Of a DNA stretch of 12,900 bases, positions 7,650 to 12,900 are shown in pieces. The notes below the pieces were generated by a model. It searched no databases. It saw only the letters and a list, made by a program, of their open reading frames with translations, and was not told the origin of the DNA. This DNA is from Fidelibacterota bacterium (GTDB lineage Bacteria > Fidelibacterota > Fidelibacteria > Fidelibacterales > DSDE01): NCBI GenBank assembly GCA_046735395.1, contig JBJKQR010000030.1:1-12900 (forward strand), written 5' to 3'. The translations under genes and the position numbers were made by a program. The stretch's first letter is position 1. Every line of letters starts with the position of its first letter.

Positions 7650-8921
7650 TTATAAGTAACTCTTTATTTCATCATGCTTATTTGACCTAAGTGAAATTTG
7701 ACCATGCCTTTCGCTAATGTCGATTAGGCCAAGGGATTGAAGTTCCTGCAATGCGATATCAACATCACGCACAGATTTGCAAAAATGATTGTTTAATGTT
7801 TCGTAGGTAACTGTATTTCTCCCCCAAAAGTTTTTCCGAAAAAGAGTATGTAACACTCGCCGGGCGTTGGCATTCAGAGGTCTTCGCGTCGAAAACCCGA
7901 TAACAGATTCTTCTAAGCTCTCTAAAATTGAATCATAGCCATCAATCCCAAAATAGTGACTATGAGTTCTGCGAATCATGGAAACATCAGAAGAACCAAC
8001 CAACACAACTTCGTACCCGTCCACTTCTCGATAAAAATTCTCATTTCGGCTGTATGCCTGATAGGCTTCCCCAGGGTTTCGGGATATAGATTCCCAATTT
8101 ACGAAACACCCGGAATTCCAGTCGAAAATCAAGATCCAGTTGTTAATCCTACCTTTTTGTCCTTCTTCTACCGCTGTGAGTGTATACAAGACATCATCAT
8201 TTATATGACTATGTAGCAGGTTCCCTTTCTTAGTATCTTCAATAATACTTTCTGCAAGTTCTCGTTTGCCGTCCAAATCAATTTTCTCTTGAGGCGTAGG
8301 TTCTCTCCGACACTCAAATTCGAAGAACACATATGATAGTGACTTGAAATAATCGATAACGCGTTGATCACCCGCGTTTTCCTTTAGATGATGCCCATAA
8401 ATCACGGATGTTCTTTCAATTGCTTCAGCCCAATAGTGTTGAGCTCGACTTCGCAATTGAAGTTCAACCTTCACTCCAGATACAGACAAAATCATATGAA
8501 GAGCGCGATAGCCTGTATCATCTCTACCTAATGCCCGGTAATCAGTTTCCCTGACCAATTCGATGTGCGAATCCTGCTTAACATGATCACGCAAGAAACG
8601 GCGTAGAGCTTCAACATCATCATTTGTATCAACAATGACTCTATTCCCTCCAATATCTTGAAGTTGGGTCAAGCGTACGCTGAAACGATGCATTTTTCGC
8701 AATATCTGCGGTTTTCGTTTTAACCTTTGCGCAATGTAATACTGGCGATCAAAATTAGAGAGCCAAGTTTGTAATTGGTGTGTTGTTTCAGTTAGAGGTT
8801 GTAAATGCGCCTGACGATAATCATCAAAGATAATTTCAGATTCGAGTTCCTCATTTTCTGTTTTGAACTGGCCTTTTGACAATGCTCTGCCAGCTCGATC
8901 AATTTCTGTTTTTGAATACAT
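7650..8921 (-). CDS. RelA/SpoT-domain protein, fused CapRel-like toxSAS, with an additional C-terminal winged-helix-like domain; cassette 3
   Basis: 423 aa. YSKTEIDRAG..L, YRxAHxxPL, AQRLKR...ILRKM, LQDIGGNRVIV, DY...GYRALH, VELQLRSRAQHYWAEAIE (synthetase core). The middle region A..AY...E...EVVLVGSSDVSMIRRTHSHYF parallels the CapRel antitoxin motif DVVLV...AYPNYF. About 75 extra residues follow. Confidence 0.85.
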   Translation of the reverse strand: MYSKTEIDRAGRALSKGQFKTENEELESEIIFDDYRQAHLQPLTETTHQLQTWLSNFDRQYYIAQRLKRKPQILRKMHRFSVRLTQLQDIGGNRVIVDTNDDVEALRRFLRDHVKQDSHIELVRETDYRALGRDDTGYRALHMILSVSGVKVELQLRSRAQHYWAEAIERTSVIYGHHLKENAGDQRVIDYFKSLSYVFFEFECRREPTPQEKIDLDGKRELAESIIEDTKKGNLLHSHINDDVLYTLTAVEEGQKGRINNWILIFDWNSGCFVNWESISRNPGEAYQAYSRNENFYREVDGYEVVLVGSSDVSMIRRTHSHYFGIDGYDSILESLEESVIGFSTRRPLNANARRVLHTLFRKNFWGRNTVTYETLNNHFCKSVRDVDIALQELQSLGLIDISERHGQISLRSNKHDEIKSYL

Positions 8922-8933
8922 ATTTATTTCTCA

Positions 8934-9023
8934 GCCCAACGACAGAAATCAGGTGCGGTCCAAAAGACTTGCCGCGTCAGCGCCTCCGCCGTTCTCGCAA
9001 TCTGGTGAATGCATTGGTTGGGT
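8934..9023 (-). mobile_element. attC-like recombination site (90 bp), overlapped by the 3' end of the OLD-family gene
   Basis: Minus strand: R'' ACCCAAC, CAATG, L'' CATTCACC, ...TGCG...CGCA..., L' CCTGATT, CTGTC-like spacer, R' GTTGGGC. This is a GC-rich palindromic patch in AT-rich DNA, and the next ATG is 12 nt after R'. Confidence 0.75.
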
Positions 9024-10808
9024 GTTTAATTCCTCATTGATTTCTGTCAACATTCTTAGAGTTTCAAACAATGGAGTAAAATGCCCAAATTTTTCCATGG
9101 GCAGGTCCTCTACCCATACAGAAAAATTATTTTTCGAATCATCGTCAATCTTGTGAGCAAGATATCCATATTCAGCAGGAAGATGCCCCAAGAAAATTTG
9201 AGTTAAGTTAACAGGTGTTGAAAGCTCAGAATCTTGTGCAGTTGTGATTCTTTCTTTTAGTTCTAGAACATTATCAGCAACAGCTTGATTTATTACTTCA
9301 CCCGAAAACATAAATTCAATGGGTACAGGGATAATAAAATCAACACCTGACGATTCTTTTACTGCCTGTATTGGTGCATCAAACTCTGCAGGCTGCGGGA
9401 GAACTCCACAATAAATTTTTTTATTTTTATTTATGACTCTAAATTCTGAACCATCAGCCTTTTTGAAACCATTAAATTTCTTAAATTCTTTTGTTCCTGC
9501 ACTATCATTGTCAAACAAACCAATTATTGGATTTTCAATAGCTCGTAACAGTTTATTTGTTGATTGAATGTAATTACTTATATTAGTACAACCTCCTGCT
9601 GGGACAAACTCAAAAAATGGCTCCTCATTTGGGAATAATTTTTTGAATGCAATATCTAATATTTGTTTATCAGTTGGCCCTTCAACAATTACTTGGGGTT
9701 TATGAGCAGCTATAACAGTCTGGTTTAATTGCTCAGTTTTCTCCTTTAATTCGCTTATTTCTTTAAATAAATCTTTTGCTCTTGTCGCAATTAAAGCCGC
9801 AACACCAAGTGACTTGTCTGCCATATCGCTTTCAGAAACTGAGTTGATTTCTGTGACTATCGCAGGACCTTCTTTGTATTGATTTGAAGTGACAAACCAT
9901 TTCGTAACATGATTGCCAGACAAATCGTAAAAGGCTGGTGAGTGTGTTGTCATGAAAATTTGGTTTTCTGTTGAGAACTCTGAATTAAATTGTTCTGCCA
10001 ACTCAAAAGCTCTTCCTAACTCAAGTGAATTTTCTGGTTCTTCGTAAGCCCAAATATGATGCCTTTTTGAATGTCGTGCTATGAAGTCCAAGATGAAAGG
10101 AATGTGTCGAGCTTGAATACCATCACCCCTTTTTTGTAATGGGATGTCAAATCCAGAAAATTTTGTGGAAAAATCTAATGCAGAGAACAAATCTCGTAAA
10201 TCTTTTGGCACCTGAATGTTACTTGTAAAGCCCAGTCCCTCTTTGATTCTCTTGGACATATCCTCGGTGCTTTTATTTATCGTAGCCATCAGATCGGCTG
10301 TTGCGTCAGTTACTCCGGCTTTTTCATCTTCGACTAGTGCATCATGCAACGAATTTAGATAATGAGAGAATATGTCTCGCCCTCTTACAGCGGGAATATA
10401 ATGGAAGGAAATTTTGTTTAAAAAACGAGCAATTGTAGATTGTGAAATCCCCACATGATATGTATCAGCACTTTGGGGGGAATATCTATTCCACGTTTTT
10501 TTGACGGTAAATTGATCGGGTAAAGATTTCCATTTGAGAAAGTTGTTAAACGTAATTCTAACCCATAAAAATGCCCTCCCTTTTGTAGCTCGAGCTTGCT
10601 CTTCTCTTAATCTTGAAAGGTCAGTAGCAAAGTTAAAGTCAGCCTCTAATTCTGTTTGATTATTAAAGAAAAGGTTTAATGCCTTAAGGATATTTGATTT
10701 CCCAGAGTCGTTTCCGCCAATAAGGACATTGATGTCATTATTCTTAGATAAAGTTACGCTATATACTGACCTAAAGTAGTTAATTTCAATTTTTGAAATT
10801 ATTTTCAT
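8949..10808 (-). CDS. OLD-family ATP-dependent nuclease (ABC ATPase + TOPRIM); cassette 2
   Basis: 619 aa. IEINYFRS, Walker A GGNDSGKS, signature-like PLQKRGDGIQ, Walker B/D-loop WAYEEPENSL, H-loop FMTTHSP, coiled linker, TOPRIM IVEGPTD...GG...GLFDND. Confidence 0.87.
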   Translation of the reverse strand: MKIISKIEINYFRSVYSVTLSKNNDINVLIGGNDSGKSNILKALNLFFNNQTELEADFNFATDLSRLREEQARATKGRAFLWVRITFNNFLKWKSLPDQFTVKKTWNRYSPQSADTYHVGISQSTIARFLNKISFHYIPAVRGRDIFSHYLNSLHDALVEDEKAGVTDATADLMATINKSTEDMSKRIKEGLGFTSNIQVPKDLRDLFSALDFSTKFSGFDIPLQKRGDGIQARHIPFILDFIARHSKRHHIWAYEEPENSLELGRAFELAEQFNSEFSTENQIFMTTHSPAFYDLSGNHVTKWFVTSNQYKEGPAIVTEINSVSESDMADKSLGVAALIATRAKDLFKEISELKEKTEQLNQTVIAAHKPQVIVEGPTDKQILDIAFKKLFPNEEPFFEFVPAGGCTNISNYIQSTNKLLRAIENPIIGLFDNDSAGTKEFKKFNGFKKADGSEFRVINKNKKIYCGVLPQPAEFDAPIQAVKESSGVDFIIPVPIEFMFSGEVINQAVADNVLELKERITTAQDSELSTPVNLTQIFLGHLPAEYGYLAHKIDDDSKNNFSVWVEDLPMEKFGHFTPLFETLRMLTEINEELNTQPMHSPDCENGGGADAASLLDRT

Positions 10809-10856
10809 TTTGCGTTAGATCCTTTTCGTTTCATAGAGCAATAAATATATTTTCAC

Positions 10857-10928
10857 ACTCAACGGTGGAGCTCATTGGTTATTACGGAGCGCAGCGGAGT
10901 AAAAATCCAGTGCAGTGATTGGTTGGGC
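10857..10928 (-). mobile_element. attC recombination site (72 bp, best conserved of the three)
   Basis: Minus strand: R'' GCCCAAC, CAATC, L'' ACTGCACT(GG), TTTTTAC-TCCGCTGCGCTCC-GTAATAA, (CC)AATGAGC L', TCCACC, R' GTTGAGT. CTGCACTGG pairs with CCAATGAG with one extrahelical base. It begins 6 nt after the stop of 10935..12032. Confidence 0.88.
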
Positions 10929-10934
10929 AAATTA

Positions 10935-12032
10935 TCATAAAACATTTGCCTTGATTTCATTGCGAAGTTGCGGCCCAGCTACTTCAAGCGCCAATTCAAT
11001 TATGTCCTGTATATTTCGACGGCTATAGTTGGTTCCAAGCCACCATCCTGGAACGACTTCAATAGAATGTTGCTCTGCTAAATCGGGACGCCTCGGGTAG
11101 AGATCGCTTTTATCTCTTGCAAGATACCGCCTTTTTTTGCCATGTTTTCGTGATGCAAATCTATCAAGAAATCCGCTGTCTTCTTGAAACAGCAACTGAA
11201 AAATTTGAGTCAAAACATCTCTTGCTGAACGAGCTGAAAAGCTATTCCCTTTAAATGAAAAGGTAAAGTTATCAACCGTTCTGGTGGGAACGGTTGTAGG
11301 AGTGAATAGCTTCGGCTGTTTTTGGGGAGGTTTCATTTTAGATCCAGATTCATCATATTTTTTGTTGTTTTGAATTTGCATTTCCAGAAATTGACTGCAT
11401 GCATCCAAATCTGGTTTATACCCACAAAGGTCTTCAACCTTTTCAGCAAGCAAATCCAACAACCGGGAATCTTGATCTTTAAGCAAACCTTCCCATGCTT
11501 TGGGGAGATTTGTTTCTATAATTCGAACTCGGGCAACATTTTGATAATCTGAGCGTGCCGCCTTTAATGCAGCTCCTGAGCAAATATTATCGTAACTTAA
11601 GTACCTATAGAGTCTGTTTTTAGCCTCAGAAACATCTCGCTCCAAAAGATCAAGTTTATATACTCTTCGCTCATCGTAACGGCCTTGCTCCCCAGGAAGA
11701 TAAAAACTCCACTCTTGGCCGTCCGTCAAAATAGCCATCGGCACTCCAAGATGGAATGCATATTCGAATAATTGACGGTCTGCTCCTCCGGATAACCCAA
11801 CCTTTTTGACCTCGATAAATACCGATGGTCGATTTTCAGGATGGCATAAGGCATAATCAACACGTCGACCTTCAACAGAAAATTCTGGGATCACAATGGA
11901 AGTATCGAAAACGGGCCATCCTAATGCATGCAAAGCGGGTAAAAGTATTCCTTGCGAAACTGCCGCTTCTGATGTGAATTTACCCTCACGGAGACCGTGC
12001 CGTACTTTTTCAATGTGATTAGCGATTTCCAT
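10935..12032 (-). CDS. HsdR_N-type PD-(D/E)xK endonuclease fused to a SeqA C-terminal-like DNA-binding domain; cassette 1
   Basis: 365 aa. SEAAVSQGILLPALHALGW...VIPEF...RVDYAL...FIEVKK...QLFEYA...AILTDGQEWSFY is the type I restriction R N-terminal nuclease pattern. A Pro/Lys/Thr linker follows, then HGKKRRYLARDKSDL...VPGWWLGTNYS. There is no helicase domain. SD AAGGA precedes the ATG. Confidence 0.8.
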   Translation of the reverse strand: MEIANHIEKVRHGLREGKFTSEAAVSQGILLPALHALGWPVFDTSIVIPEFSVEGRRVDYALCHPENRPSVFIEVKKVGLSGGADRQLFEYAFHLGVPMAILTDGQEWSFYLPGEQGRYDERRVYKLDLLERDVSEAKNRLYRYLSYDNICSGAALKAARSDYQNVARVRIIETNLPKAWEGLLKDQDSRLLDLLAEKVEDLCGYKPDLDACSQFLEMQIQNNKKYDESGSKMKPPQKQPKLFTPTTVPTRTVDNFTFSFKGNSFSARSARDVLTQIFQLLFQEDSGFLDRFASRKHGKKRRYLARDKSDLYPRRPDLAEQHSIEVVPGWWLGTNYSRRNIQDIIELALEVAGPQLRNEIKANVL

Positions 12033-12050
12033 TTCAATTCCTTCTTTGAT

Positions 12051-12075
12051 GCCTAACTATCAATTATACCGTTTC
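12051..12075 (-). mobile_element. Candidate attI-like primary recombination site
   Basis: Minus strand GGAAACG-GTATAAT-TGATA-GTTAGGC: a perfect GTTRRRY core with a degenerate L box 5 nt upstream. I found no upstream R''/L'' palindromic partner. It sits at the head of the array. Confidence 0.5.
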
Positions 12076-12323
12076 CTCATACCACCCTGACTTCGTATAG
12101 GGTTTCCGGATAATACCATATCATTTGTTTCTGTAAGTGCCGGCTTCAGCTTCGATATGCTGTTATCGGGTTTCCGGAACCCAGGCACTCTTCCCCTCAC
12201 GGTCCTGCGTGGTCCGACGCTTTCTATAATCTTTCCCTGCGAATCCGTCATTCTCATAGTGCGAGGCCGCATCCGTTTATGGTTTATGAACACATCTGCC
12301 GCTGAATATAATAAAAAAATACT

Positions 12324-12355
12324 AAAAAGGAATAGCCAAATCAGCTGACTATTCC
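12324..12355 (-). terminator. Intrinsic terminator downstream of the BRO pseudogene
   Basis: Minus strand GGAATAGTCA-GCTGATT-TGGCTATTCC (10-bp stem with one G-U), followed by TTTTTAGTATTTTTTT. Confidence 0.65.
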
Positions 12356-12385
12356 AAAGCGGAGGGTTTGTATTTGGAATAGGGG

Positions 12386-12744
12386 TTACTCACCATCCGC
12401 CGCCCCATCCGTTCCGGTTTCAATCTGATTTTTCGCCTTTTTCGAAGGCAGATAATTTTCGTCAGTAACTACACTTTTTCCGGATTTAGCTTCCAGTTCC
12501 AGGCGGGCTTTTGCGGCCTTTTTTACTGGCTTCCAGTTTCAGCTGGTGACACTTTGTCACCGTTTGACTACCATCTTTTTTAACGCTCTTTCAGTTTATT
12601 CCAGTATTTACGGGCAGTTTGTTAGTCGGTCGATAGCACAGCCACAATGTCCACCACCGAGAAAAGCCAGATTTCGGACTTATCGCCGACCACACGGCGG
12701 ATCTTGTGATTTTCGAATACTGCTAAAGCGGTTTCGTTGCTCAT
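12386..12744 (-). pseudogene. Degraded BRO-N domain / phage-antirepressor-like gene
   Basis: Hand translation: MSNETALAVFENHKIRRVVGDKSEIWLFSVVDIVAVLSTD*QTARKYWNKLKER / frameshift / KKDGSQTVTKCHQLKLEA-SKKG / frameshift / AKARLELEAKSGKSVVTDENYLP...*. It has an in-frame TAA at 12622-12624 and two frameshifts, and the family's N- and C-terminal motifs are joined without the middle. Confidence 0.8.
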
Positions 12745-12845
12745 TTGATCCTTCCAACCCGGCAGCTGTCCGTAAATTCCGGATAACTGAAACGGGGCAG
12801 GATTTTACGTTTGAAGTAATCCTCGATAGTTTCCTTAAGCGGCAT
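12741..12845 (-). pseudogene. Possible remnant of a type I R-M methyltransferase (HsdM) C-terminus
   Basis: MPLKETIEDYFKRKILP resembles the HsdM C-terminal motif VPLxExIxxYFxREVLPH. Its TGA overlaps the BRO ATG (ATGA). The match is short. Confidence 0.35.
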
Positions 12846-12900
12846 AACTTCAGGGGACCTATGGTGAATATGAGAGATTTATGCTTCAATATTTGCACCG

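Larger units (their letters stand above)
6456..12057 (-). mobile_element. Integron-type gene cassette array, four cassettes, no integrase in the window (CALIN-like)
   Basis: Four co-oriented AT-rich genes with no room for their own promoters. Each is preceded by a GTT core (12057, 10863, 8940, 7525) and followed by an AAC inverse core (10928, 9023, 7644, 6462). Confidence 0.82.

Noticed and set aside
10814..10820. Extra R''-like heptamer ATCTAAC just upstream of the OLD start codon
   Set aside because: No L boxes or partner core are present. It lies between the SD and the ATG.
7260..11552. Short plus-strand ORFs within the cassettes (7260..7457, 7956..8216, 8863..9156, 11322..11552) as antisense antitoxins
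   Set aside because: No motifs or clear ribosome-binding sites. The CapRel-like protein appears to carry its own antitoxin domain.
6400..12100. CRISPR array, retron or Gabija interpretation of the defence region
   Set aside because: No regularly spaced direct repeats, reverse transcriptase or UvrD helicase. The intergenic palindromes fit attC architecture.
12842..12848. GTTATGC core-like heptamer on the minus strand
   Set aside because: No attC-like palindrome is visible upstream within the window.
12157..12898. ORFs 12157..12348 (+) and 12680..12898 (-) as a possible integrase or real genes
   Set aside because: No tyrosine-recombinase motifs. The minus ORF is out of frame with the recognisable BRO and HsdM-like remnants.

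Overview
Bacterial window with two parts, and every credible gene on the minus strand. The left part (1-~6200, GC-richer, housekeeping-like; the gene families suggest an FCB-group organism, which is inference) holds the 5' part of recG, a HEAT-repeat/receiver-domain response regulator, a secreted FCB-type conserved protein, and a TonB-dependent receptor preceded by a TPP riboswitch and a sigma70-like promoter. The right part (~6450-12060, visibly AT-richer) is an integron-type gene cassette array with three attC-like sites, a possible attI site and no integrase in the window. Its four cassettes all look like anti-phage defence candidates: an HsdR_N-type nuclease fused to a SeqA-like domain, an OLD-family ABC-ATPase/TOPRIM nuclease, a CapRel-like toxSAS with an extra winged-helix-like tail, and a CoiA-like zinc/PD-(D/E)xK nuclease. 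Upstream of the array lie a terminator with an overlapping alternative hairpin, a decayed BRO-N/antirepressor pseudogene and a possible hsdM remnant. All family assignments come from motif recognition by eye; no database searches were run.
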